Shown here: positions 13,351 through 25,000 of the stretch, one piece after another
Layout: the number at the start of each line of letters is the position of its first letter
Numbering within the stretch: position 1 is the first letter of the stretch
DNA from: Vicugna vicugna
Taxonomy: Eukaryota
Assembly: GCA_013265495.1 (NCBI GenBank)
Contig: PNXW01004639.1
Coordinates: 186,001-250,000, forward strand
Length of the DNA stretch: 64,000 bases
Direction of reading: 5' to 3'
The notes under the pieces: model-generated
Told to the model about the DNA's origin: nothing
What the model saw: only the letters and a program-made list of their open reading frames with translations
Database searches by the model: none
Made by a program: the position numbers and the translations under genes

Positions 13351-14050
13351 GCAATGTGACATCATGCATAAAGGCTTAAACATAAACATACATGTTTTAG
13401 CCATATTTCCCTAGGGTATCCTGCATAACACACCATCCCAAAATCTCAGTGGCTTCCAACAATGGACATTTTAATTTTTCACTCACAAGTTTTTAGTCAG
13501 CTAAGAGAATCTGCATCCAGTCGACCCAAAGTAGTCCAGTCGCCAGTCCTGACAGTGGTGTGGTGGTCTGTTCCTTCCTAGAGGTAGGAGGCAAGAAAGG
13601 GTTAATAATAGCACTGTGGGTAGTTGGGAATAATAATCCATCGATCATAATAAAACTATAGACAAAGTTAATACAAAAATTGTAGAGAGAGAATTTTATG
13701 ACATTAAAATACGTTGAACTGGAGCGGGGAGTTCAAATTATACTGCAAAATACTGATTAATTTGAAAAAAGCAAAAGTAAAGCTCTCAGGATAGAAAAAG
13801 TTAGCTTACGTATGATGGATTGGAAAAGGAAGTTAGCGTTATCCAGGCATTGTTTCCTGGAATATAACAAGAACTCACACATAAGAAAAAAAAAAGTAAG
13901 TTTCAAGAGAGCAGAATTTTTTTTTTTCCCTGCCTTGATGACTGTTGTATCTCCAGTGCTCAGATAAGTGCCTGGCAATACTGACACCTCCTTACTGTTT
14001 ATTCTGTCTCAAGACTCCCTTCCCATCTGTCCTTTTCTCCAAAACAGAAA

Positions 14051-14546
14051 TATTAATTTCTCATTGCTGCTGTAACAAAGTATTACATGTTTAGTGGCTT
14101 AAAACAACACAGATTTATTCTTCAGGTGTTCTGGAGGTCAAGAGGTCCAAAATCAGTCTTACTGGCCTGAAGTCAAGGTGTCGGTGGGGCTGGCTCCTTC
14201 TGAAGGCTGTGGGGGACCTACAACCTCCAATTTCTGGAGGTCGCCTTCGTTCCTTGGCTCCTGACTCCCTCTCCGTCTTCAAAGGCATCAGTGTAGCATC
14301 ATCCCATCTCCTTCACTGACTGGGTCTGTCCTCACATCACCTTTTCCATCGTTGACCTTCCTCCTCCCCCTTATCAGGACCTTTGTGATTACGCTGGGTC
14401 CACTCAGATAATCCTGAGTCAAGTCCTCATTTCACAATCCTTGATTTTTAATCACATCTGTCAAGTCCCTTTTGCCATTTAAGGAAAAACATTCACAAAT
14501 CCCACGGATTAGATCACGAACGTGTTGGTGGGGGGTATTATTCAGC
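14051..14546 (-). mobile_element. MLT1C-like MaLR LTR
   Basis: attgctgctgtaacaaa...tagtggcttaaaacaacacagatttatt...ttaatcacatctg...tattattcagcc. Confidence 0.8.
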
Positions 14547-14724
14547 CAGGATTTCTCAACCTTGGCACTATTAACGCTTTCAACTGGATAATTAATTTTT
14601 TGTTGTAGTGGCTTGTTCTGCACACTGTAAGATACTTAGTAGCATCCCTGCCTCTGACTCCTTACATGTCAGTAGTACCCCTTGCCCCTAGTTGTGACCA
14701 AATGTCACTGGTTGAGACCCACTG
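14547..14724. mobile_element. MER20 hAT-Charlie DNA transposon
   Basis: Inverted termini caggatttctcaacc ... ggttgagacccactg; typical interior. Confidence 0.8.
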
Positions 14725-14759
14725 CTTCACAACATTCTGGGGATCACTTAATTAAGCGA

Positions 14760-15270
14760 ATCTAAGCCATGTCAATCTGCATAGAATTCTTTATTCGTTC
14801 CCCTATTCCTTTCAACATTATTCTCATAGTTCTTAGCATAGCATCTCAGATTTTCCATAACCTGGCTTTGCTGCCTTCTCTTGGACCCATCCCATCCTCA
14901 CTTCCAGTCCTCTTGTCCTCCAGGTAGTCTTGTAACTCCCCCAAGTGTGAAGTTCTCTCGCACCTCCTGGCTTTGTAAATCAGCCCCCTCCCCCCATCCA
15001 CCTAAAAACCCCTTTCTCCTATTCTTCATGCAATGTCTGCTGCTTATGACTCCTCAAAATTTAGCTGAGATGTCTGGGACCCGAGGTCTCCTCCCTTTCT
15101 CTGCAGGTGGCACTGTGAGAGACCTCTGTCAGGGTGCCGGTGTGTAATTCCTCTCCTCACTGCACTAGTTGGTGAGCTCTTTAGATCTCTGACTGATACC
15201 TGTATCCACGGACCCAACACTCTTCCTGCAACAAATCAGTTGCCCAATAATGGTTCTTTGAATGAATGAG
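14760..15270 (+). mobile_element. L2 3' fragment
   Basis: Pyrimidine-rich body ending in caataatggttctttgaatgaatga. Confidence 0.55.
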
Positions 15271-17098
15271 TAGGTGGTGGATTTCATGCCTCAACAAGTC
15301 TCCAGGGGCTGAGACTGATGAAGAATGTTGCTCCAAGGTATTAACCAAAAGTAACCTGCTTTTCTATTTCAGACTAGAGATCAATTCTCCTCTCCCTCAT
15401 GGAGAGCACCCCTCCCAAAGAGATTATTTGGGCCCTTTTGGGAGTGTTTAATTACTATTTAGTTATTATTGTTCCCCGACTTAAGTTCAGGATCAGAAGC
15501 TACTTTTGCTTGCTAAATATGCTTAAATTAAAAAATAAATTAGAAAAATCCCTTCCATGGAGAATTTGGCAAAATTAAAGCACCCAATCTTAGGTTTCAC
15601 AAGACTGCGGAAAGGCTAGGTGTGTCATAGTGGTTTCATGGACCACCTGGAGTCCATGGTTGATTCTGCAATTCAGATTTTGACTTTGCAAGCAGAAAAC
15701 TCAGCTGGCACTTGCAGCCTTCACAATGGAGAACAACCCACTGCTTTGCAAAGTTGCATCATTTTGGTATATGCTTCAAACAATAAAAGTGTCAAAAATG
15801 GTTTCTGATGCTGTGCATTTTATTATTCTTCTGGTACTCTAATGTTAAAAGTTTCTCCTAATGGGTGGAAACTGGAGACTCTTTAGTGAATACCACCGAA
15901 AACACCTGCACGTAATGTACACTAATGACTGCTTCCTCTATTCAGAGCTCAAATTAAGAGGATGTTCAGGGAGGATGGATGTTATCTCTCTACTTGTTAA
16001 ATGTATTCAGGTAATTTATGTAAAACACAGAAATTAAAGAAATTTCCCCCATGCTACATTTCTCTCATTCCAGCTGAAAATCTGCCCACAGACCTTGCAA
16101 GGAGAAGGGTAAAAACAAAGTTTCATTATCCAAAATATGTCAGAACTTAATACGCTTAAGGAAGGTTTTTAGATTGTTTTTAGTTTCCATGTAAGGCTAA
16201 CTAAAAGGTGCTTTTCCTTTAATCTGCCATTTCATAAGTTGTTGCTAAAAATACTTGGTTGAGGGCTTGTGTAATATAATTGATGTGGTTGAAAATATTT
16301 GGCTAAGACCATGGTATGCCTGGGTGAGTCCCAACTCTGTGACTTTGAGCATGTTACCTAACCTCTCTGTGCCATAATTCCTTCACTTGTAAAATGTACC
16401 TGGAAGGCTTCGTAGAGGATATGCATTCAATTAGAACTTAAAAATTGGGAGAATTTCAGTAAACTGAGATGAAGACGAGGTTAAAGAAAGGTGAGAATAA
16501 CAGCACGAGCCAAGAAACAAAAAGCATAGAGAATGTTCTGGCAATAGCAAATAGAATTTATCTTACTTCCTTGAATTTATAGTGTTTCATAGCTTTCAAA
16601 GTGCTTTCATCTATGTTATGTTATTTAGAATTAAAGCATCATGGGGAGGTTTATAGGAAAGGTGTATTTTATTTTGCATAAGAAGAAAGTGTGTTTTAGA
16701 GAAAGTGGATGACTTTTATAGTCATCCAGTAATAAATAATGCTTAAGAAGAAATGGAGTCCATACCAGGGTAGATTTGCTTGCAGTGGTGAGATGGCTCT
16801 TGATAAACACTGCAGATGCCCAGTGCATGCAATCTTGCTCTTAACAGGATGTAAGGAAGGATAACAAAGAGAAGTATCAGAGGACTCAGAGGCTAGTCAC
16901 ATAGAAACAAAGTCGGCTTGACCTTGCTGGGCACATCAGTGACCTGTCTTAATGTCTTCAAGGTTACTCCCAGCTCTTAGCTCTCTGGAGAATGGTAAAT
17001 CTAATTCTAATTAAACATTTTATTTGATCCAAATGTGCACCAGTACACAAGAGCCAAAGAAAACAAGTCTACAATGAATCAATCAGATGAAAGAAGAT

Positions 17099-17585
17099 TG
17101 TGATGGTTTTAAAATACATCCGCAAGTTCTTTGATACTCCTCCATTCAAAGGATAAAGCTTAATTTCCCACCCTGACCCCCTTGTGGGCTGTACTGAATG
17201 ACTGGTTTCTAATGAATGGAAGTAGTGAAGGTGGGGAGGGGTGTGTCACTCCAGAGACGAGACAATAAAGGCCAGTACCGCTTTCTCCTTGCCTTCTTGC
17301 TTGGATCACACACCTTGGGGAGATCAGCTGCCATGTCCTGAAAACTGGCAAGCAACCCTATGCCCTATGGAGAGACCCAGCAATGGGAAACGGAAGCCTC
17401 TTGCCAACTCAGAAGTGGAGCTTCTGGCTACAGTCAAACCTTTGGGTGACTGCAGCCCTGGCCAATGTCTTCACAGCAACTGCTTGAGAAGCACTGAGCC
17501 AGAACCACCCACCCAGACCCCTGCCAAATTCCTGACCTGCAGAATAACAAGATAATTTTTTTAGGTAGCAAAAAATAATTAAGCA
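17099..17585 (+). mobile_element. MLT1F-like MaLR LTR about 1.1 kb upstream of NEIL3
   Basis: Starts tgtgatggttttaaaatacatccgcaagttctttgatactcctcc; tgactgcagccctggcc, aaattcctgacc. Confidence 0.8.
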
Positions 17586-18289
17586 AAAGGTAAAAGTGAG
17601 TAAAGTGTATAAGGACGGTCTTCCATCAAAAGGCAGAGATTATGACTGAATTTTGGTTGTAGGGAATAGGATTCCTCCTTGACTATTTAGTAACTTGACC
17701 TAGAAAAGTAAACAACAATGAAACAAGGAGGTTTACAAAGAATCCTGAACCTGATCCAGCTAACTTTTGACCACTAATCTCTCCCCACATAAAGTTTTTA
17801 ATACTTTTCAAATTTTTAACTTCAACTCTCTAGCATATATGTGTGTATGTATGTATATAGTTTTGGTTTAACGGCAGCACACATATGCTTATTAAATCAC
17901 TTATAAACTGACATTGTTTTAATGTGCTATATTTTAATTTTCAAAAAGGAATTGATTTTTCGTTATTTACAAAATTGTATGGCGTCATTAGCTTTATATA
18001 TTTACATGCATGCATCCTTGGGTCAATTTGAAAAGCTATGCATTGCCCTCAAATTTATATAGAGCCCTGCCTTTTACGAAGCAATTTCAAATACAATGCA
18101 TCTGGGGCATCCCATAACAGAATGACTGCATGAATTTGAATAGGATTCTTCTAGTTCAGGATCAAAAAATGAAGGGGATTTTAATATAGATACTTAAATG
18201 TATTTGGCAAATAAGGCCACGTTTTCTAAGACATGCTCAACATATAGGAGATAAAAATAAAAGCTGCTTGTTCTAAGCAGTTCTGAGTC

Positions 18290-19075
18290 CCTCTCCTCCC
18301 ACTCACGTCCGAAGAGGGCATCCAAACCAGAGGCCTGCCGGATGGTCCGCGAAAACCTTGGAGTTCAGGACAGAAAAAGAGGATAAGCTCACAAAACGTG
18401 CACGAGCTGAGTAGCTCAGGGACAAGGACAAAAACATTAAAGCAAAGAAAATACACTTTGAGCTTCTGAGGTCCCAGTTTCCTTTGCTCGGACAACTTAG
18501 CCCAGCTGGGTGGGCTCCACGCCACGTAAACTCGCCTTAAGTCCTTTTCAACCCCACCTCCGCACCCGAGAGGTGAGCCACTGCGCTTGCGCTCGGGGCG
18601 GGCCCGCTTGGGACGGAAGGCTGAATAGCACCGCAGTTTCCTCAGCAGGGCCCTGCAACTGGTGGGCCTCGGTGCGGGCCCGGGCCATGGTGGAAGGACC
18701 AGGTTGTACCCTAAATGGGGAGAAAATCCGGGCGCGGGTGCGCCGGGGCCAGGCGGTGACCGACCTGCGGGGAAGCGCGCTGCAGAGCCTGGGGGTTCCC
18801 GGCTCGCCTCCCGCAGCCTCGGGGGCTGTGATCTCCAGACAGGTGAGCCGCTCCTGTGTCTTGCTAGGGAACCAGCAGGGGAAAATGAGGTAAAAACCCC
18901 ATCAGGTTTCCACGGGCCAAAGTGTGGTCTCTCTTCTCTGGTCCAGGCTCCCTGGGGCCCCGCGTTTCTCAGAGTTTACCTTGACTTCACCTGAGAGAGA
19001 AGTCCGAGCTACTGCGCCTGCGCAGTTGAGAACTGCTGGCCCGCGGGGCTAAGGCGGCCATCGAAGCGCCCAGGT
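18290..19075. promoter_or_regulatory. CpG island / TATA-less NEIL3 promoter
   Basis: Abrupt GC- and CpG-rich block spanning exon 1 inside AT-rich flanks. It contains an E2F-like CCGCGAAA (18347-18354), NRF1-like TGCGCTTGCGC (18582-18592), GC box GGGGCGGGC (18595-18603) and ETS core CGGAAG (18614-18619). Confidence 0.85.
18687..18842 (+). CDS. NEIL3: NEIL3 exon 1 (coding part)
   Basis: Strong Kozak context gccATGg; MVEGPGCTLNGEKIRARVRRGQAVTDLRGSALQSLGVPGSPPAASGAVISRQ; donor CAG/gtgagc, phase 0. Confidence 0.97.
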
Positions 19076-22000
19076 GGGAGTGATGGAAGGTGCTTTATTC
19101 CATGTCACCCTGCTTAACTGCTTTATAACCCAGCAAAAGATGGTTTCCTTATGTCTATAGCTGCATTTTCTGCTGTTAGTATTATCAGATCCCTCCAACC
19201 TCTGACTTTTTTTCTTCGCATTTTTAAGATAACAAGCTTTTAGCATAAAAGTCTAGCTTCTTGCTGAATATTTTGCAATTGAAAATGTATCACAACTAAT
19301 GCATAATTCTAAAATTGCACACAGAAGATTTAGCCCTCACCTTCCCACTCAACTTAATATTGCTATCTAATGAAGGGGCAGTGAAACCCATTCTGATTCC
19401 CTTAAGTGAATTTATCTCTTTTTAAAGGAAATTGTAGTAGCACAGCTTCTTGCCACTCAGGCACGCATTGCAGATGGTGTGATGTTCATTTGGTAAGAAT
19501 TTAGAACTTGTACTAAAAATATTCTGATTAAGCCATCATGCCTTAAAAGCCCTTTAGATGTACGGATGATTGTATTTCATGCATGCATGCAATATTGTGC
19601 TGTACTTCAATTTCTCCTGCAAAGCTTCATCATAGCCTTTGGCCCTGGAAGAAGAAGTTGCCTGCTATGAAATTAGCATAGGCTTACAACTTGAAAGAAA
19701 TGAGGTCCTAAGTCTGAGAAAATACATTTTCAAACTTGGAAAAAGTAATTTTTGCATCTCCTTCCAATTGCCCTTGTATTTTACTTATTTTGACTTTATA
19801 TATCAGTACTCTGCACCTATTCTTTTCCTAGTATTTCCCTCAAAATCGTTTCCAGGTACCACAGAGATGGATCTTGAGTGGTCTGTTAAGCATATTAGTG
19901 TTTATAAAAATCAGTCATTGAACAAAACTTCGACTACCCCAGGAACCTGGGGAACAAAAATTAACACTTCCCCTTGTGTAGCCTCTTCTTTAGTTGGGAA
20001 GATACATAGACATTCATTAAGTAAGAACACAAAGAAATGTAAATTGCTAAGTTCTCTGAAGAAGAGAAATGTGGTTCTATAAGTACTTACAGGAAGATCA
20101 GGGAAGGCTTTTGCTGGGAAGGTGACAAACTGAGGCATGAAGGGTGAGAAGATATGCAGCACCTGAGCTGAAGGTTGCAGGCAGAACACTTCAGGCAAAA
20201 CGATGGCCAAGGAAGAGAGCTTCAAATGCATGAGGGGCTGAAAGAAACCTGATGTGGCTGGAAAAGGAAGGTGGTTTGAAGTAAGACAGGACTGGGAATG
20301 GTGGGAAGGAGCCAGACCTTGCTAGGGACTTTGTATTCATTTCAGGAGTAATACAGGTCTTCGAAGGGTGATGACATCCATTTACACTTTGAAAAGATCA
20401 CTCTGCTTTGCAAAGGGAAAAATAAAAGACTGGAGGGAAGCCAGAGTAGATACTGCTCCCTCAGTTGGGTGAGGACTGCGGGAATCCTGGGAGGTGTGCC
20501 TGGAGCTGGAGGAGAGTGCTGGTGGTGGAGGTGGAGAGAAATGCACAGAAGCGCCATTTTGGAAGAAAAGGCAGTAGGACTTGGTATTGGGTATGACATG
20601 ATATATGTACGGATGTAACTTACATCACTCAATAATGTATTTTGTGTTAGGTTTTATGCTGGCTCCTGGGGAATACAAAGATGAACGAGATAAACTGCCT
20701 TCTGTGAGAATCCCACTTAATATTCTAAATTGACATCACCTCATTGGTATTTAGGCCAAAACAGCATGAACATTTCCTTTAAGTTTGTGATTATCTTGAG
20801 TGGCAAGGCATAAAGCGCTTTTGAAGAACTATTCCATTTCATTTAGTTATGAGAAACAATAACCCTGTGATAAAGGATTAACCTGATTCTACAGATGAGG
20901 AATGTGGGTTTAAATAATTTACTTGCCCAAAATCACATGACAAGGAAGGGGTTTGGTCTCCCTTTCGGACTCCAAAGCCTACACTCTTAACCGAAGTTTC
21001 TCGAAGTTATAAAAGATTTAGTACGCCAATGGCTAATTCATTGGCAGGAATGCCATATTGCTCAATATGCAGTGGTGATTACTTATTAGCCGGAGAAGTA
21101 AGCCCTTAGGATTTGAAAATCAGTATGGAATGAATAATCCCTGTGTGGTTATTGGAATATTCCAAATATTTTGCCATGGCGCCACTTTTTGGGCCTTTGA
21201 TCTTAAAAAAAAAAAAACAAAAAAACAAAAAAAGCAAAAAAAACTTTGTAAACATGAAGGGTCTTTTGCATTTTAGAGGGTAGTTGGATCCATAGTAAAT
21301 TCCATCAAAACATGGTAGGTTGTTGCAGACCTCTGGCATGATCCTTACTGTAACAGGTGATCCCATGTTCCCTAGACCTTTATGCCAGAGACATAAAGCT
21401 GTTTAAAGGTTTCTGCTACTGGCTTGAAATTATTCGTTTTCACAAGGCAGCAGTTTAAAAATAAGTTAATACCTGCATATGATATTCTTTGGAAGGAAAT
21501 ATGGCAGGAAATATGAATGCAAAAGAGAGTTAAAGAAATATTAACTGAGCATTTAAAATAAATAATTTAAACTTCAGATCATTGTAATTAAAACCAACCC
21601 CCCCAATCCCCACCTACATAGCTCCTGCTGTAATGAACCAGTTCTTCTGGTATCTAGCCTCCCTCTTTGCTCCAGTTTGAAGTTCATAGGGAACACATTT
21701 TAAGGCATGACTCCTTGCAATAAGTGATCCTCATGTTGAAGAAGAAAGCCAAGCCGTAGAAGGTCCGGCATATGCTAATTGTACATGCACTAGATTATTT
21801 CTCTGAGTTTTGATCCACTGTCTTGGATCAGCATAAAATTATGCAACTCTGTAAGCACACTGCATTCATCTCTGCTGGAGCTTGTGGAACCTTATGGTGA
21901 AAAACAACATTGGAATATAAGTGAACATGTCTGGTTAATGAACTGTGAAGAGTCAATCCTCTGATTTTAACTGTTGGATGGATATAGTATTTCAGTGAAA

Positions 22001-25000
22001 TCGATGTGTAACCCGCATATGTTTCCAGTCTCCTTCCACAAAACAGTATGAAACAGAGCTTACTTACAGGCATTCCTTTCCTTTGAAACATAACCTTCTG
22101 GCTCCTTAACATCTGATACATATATTTAACATGCTACCTACTCTGTTCATCATGATATGCCCCTTACAGGGTCTTGAACACAGTAGACGTTTAAGAAATG
22201 TTTGGATGGAGAAGAGCAGAGTTTTGAGTTGTGCAAAAATAGTTTTGATGAAGGATTTAAAAATAAATTCACTTAGGAATCGGTCTTTACGAAGATGTGT
22301 ATGTTTTATGTATGTTAAATGGAAATTCCTATTGCAGGAAAATAATGAAGCCACATAGTAAACATTTTCCTCCCTCTTTTCCCTTCTTCATAGTGGCGGG
22401 GGGGAATCATAACTCATTTTATGGTGATTTTTGCCGTTTTATATTTTGCCAAAATTGCCATTATATGAAGGAATGAGCTAGTCCACAGAGATTCATTTTC
22501 TAGCTAAATGAAGCTTTGTTTAAATTCAAAAAGAGGTTTTAAAATTGTATTGAACGTGCATTCCAGTACTTGCTTGTCTTCCTAAATGGATACTGATGAC
22601 GGTTTCACCCTAACAACTCAGAATCTTTACTGTCAGCATTCAGCATTGTCTGGAGTCATGGAACAAGAGGAACAGAAGACGGGTAACAGTCTTACAGATG
22701 AGGAAACTCAGAGAGATGATTTTCCTTGGCCATCGGAGCTTTTACCCCAACACTGCAGTATTTGGTGTGTTGTAGACAAAAGAGCATCTGATCATCTTTG
22801 AATCGCAGTTCCTTTGTTAATCCTCAGCTGGAAGTGCCTCTACTCATATCGTTGCTTATTTGGTCAGGATTAGATTAGAATGTACATAAAACTCTTCGCT
22901 TAGTGCTTAGCAAAGTAAACGTCCTGGTAATTGTTCTTTTTTCTTCCAGATCAGGGCTTTCTCACTAGGCCCATTTATCTGAGGCATGCCCTGTTCCCTT
23001 ATGAAGGGTTTGTAATCTTTTGTGCCCTCAAATTGTGTACAAAGCATTTAGCCTCTGAGTAAGCACTGAAAGCCTCTGCTCTTACAAAATGTAGAATATA
23101 TTTTGATATAAGGACCTAAAGACCTCTATCTGGGGGCTCGGAGATCATTTCAAATCAGGTTCTTTGATCGTTTAAATTGTTTGATAAGTGACTTCTGATT
23201 ACTGAAAGTGTTGTATGAGGAGAGACTATGATTGTAAATACGGTATTTTTTTTTCTCTCTGGGGAAAGCATATATCTGCACTAGAGTTGAAACACTTATC
23301 TATGGAAAAGTCTTATTCTGTTCTGAAAAGTTCATCTTCCTTGTTCACCCATGGATAGTCAGGATAAATGGTAATCAGCACAATAAATCATATGCTGTCT
23401 CTGAAGATATATGTTGTTTTGAGGATTTCATATGATTAAGCCACTTGAAAGTGGGAAGGTGAACCCTTCTCAATCATACTTAAAATTGTGGCAAAGGAGA
23501 TTTTCGTCTCTATTTCGGGGTGGGGGAAGAGGATGAAATGTTCAAATAATACAGTAACAGGATTATAAGGGTCAACATGAGAAAGTCAAGTATATATTGG
23601 GCACTTGTGTATAGTTACAGCAAAGATAAGAGGCTTGTGGAAATTAATTTTTGAATTTGTCTGGGCAGCTGAAGCTTACACGAAGAGGTGATAACCCCAG
23701 GCCGTACAGCAGGACAAGTGGATATCCTGTGAATCTTAGGTTTATTGCAAAAGCCTTGCCCAGTTTGTACACAGTAGCTCTCAAAACAAGTGGAACAGAA
23801 TTATCACACCTTTAAAGATTTGATTTGTGGCTCTCTTTGGGGCTCTGTCAGGACAGCCGAGCTCACTTTTCATTGGCAGCTGTGTGAAGAGACTTAATGG
23901 GCTCATGCATTTTAAGTATATTGGCCTTTATATTTTTTGAGTCATCCTCTTATGTACAACAGAACTTATTTCCAAGGGCACATACTCCTCTTTGTCTTGT
24001 TAATAAGAGGTTCGGTAAACATAAACCTTTGGAGGACCATCCACTGAGACTTCCTCTTGCCAAATAGTGAAATTTCCCATGATTAGATCTGTTAGGCATT
24101 CTAAGGCCTGATGTTTGACAGTAATTTGGAGAGCATGCAGATGTGTGCCCCAGGACACCCTCTGATGTCTTAAGGAATTAATCCTGGATAGAACGCACCT
24201 CCCACCCCCAACCCCCACCCCCTTGCTCTGGCTGCTGTAACAAAATGCCACAGACCGGGGGGCTTAAACAACAGGAGTTTATTTTCTCACAGTTCTGGAG
24301 GCTGGAAGTCCAAAGTCAAGGCTCCAGTAGGTTGGTTTCCGGTGAAGCTCTCCTCCTAGCTTGCTGATACCACTTTCCTCGCATGGCCTTTCCTCCCAGC
24401 AGGAAGGACAGGGTGTTCTCTGGTGTCTCTTCTCATAAGGATACTAATCCTATTGCATCTGGGCCCCACCCTTATGACCTGATTAAATCTTAAAGGCCCT
24501 ATTTTCTAATACAGTTACGTTGGGGGTTAGAACTTCAACATATGATTGTTGGAAGGAATACAATTTAGTCCTCAATCTTTTTTTTTTTTTAAACTACTAT
24601 CCTTTTATCCCTTTGAGCTAAACACTATAGTTGTGTTTTTTTTTTTAACAAGGATCAGTTTAGTAAAATAAAGAATAGAATGGACCTACCATGTTAAATG
24701 CATAGAATGACAGGTGTCTGTAAACCCAAAGTCTGAGAATCACTGAACTGTGCCCTCACTTTTCGCTTTAAAACATTCACATCATTTTTCTGTGCTTTCT
24801 TTTCACAGGCGCAGAGCTATATGGTCCTGGAAGAAACTCATTTTGATTGTGTGCCAATTGCCTTTTATTTTCCCCACTTAATTTTTTTAGCCTCTCTTTC
24901 AGCGCCTGCGTAGTCATCTGCCAAAAAGTGTGTAAACGGCTGATTACATTACTTGACTTGGAGATTCTTCATCTCATTGGGACACACCTGGGCTTGAAGT

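Noticed and set aside
18595..18620. Promoter G-quadruplex like the one described for human NEIL3
   Set aside because: Only three G-tracts of 3 or more here (gggg, ggg, ggg), so a canonical G4 is not supported.
18662..18994. 110-aa alternative-frame ORF overlapping exon 1
   Set aside because: GTG start; Gly/Pro/Ala-rich product expected from a stop-poor CpG island.
19639..20632. ORFs of 96-147 aa in intron 1
   Set aside because: They overlap a decayed L2 element and have no protein signature.
21205..21243. Long A-rich tract
   Set aside because: Simple low-complexity run with no retroposon body or TSD; only an internal-priming hazard.
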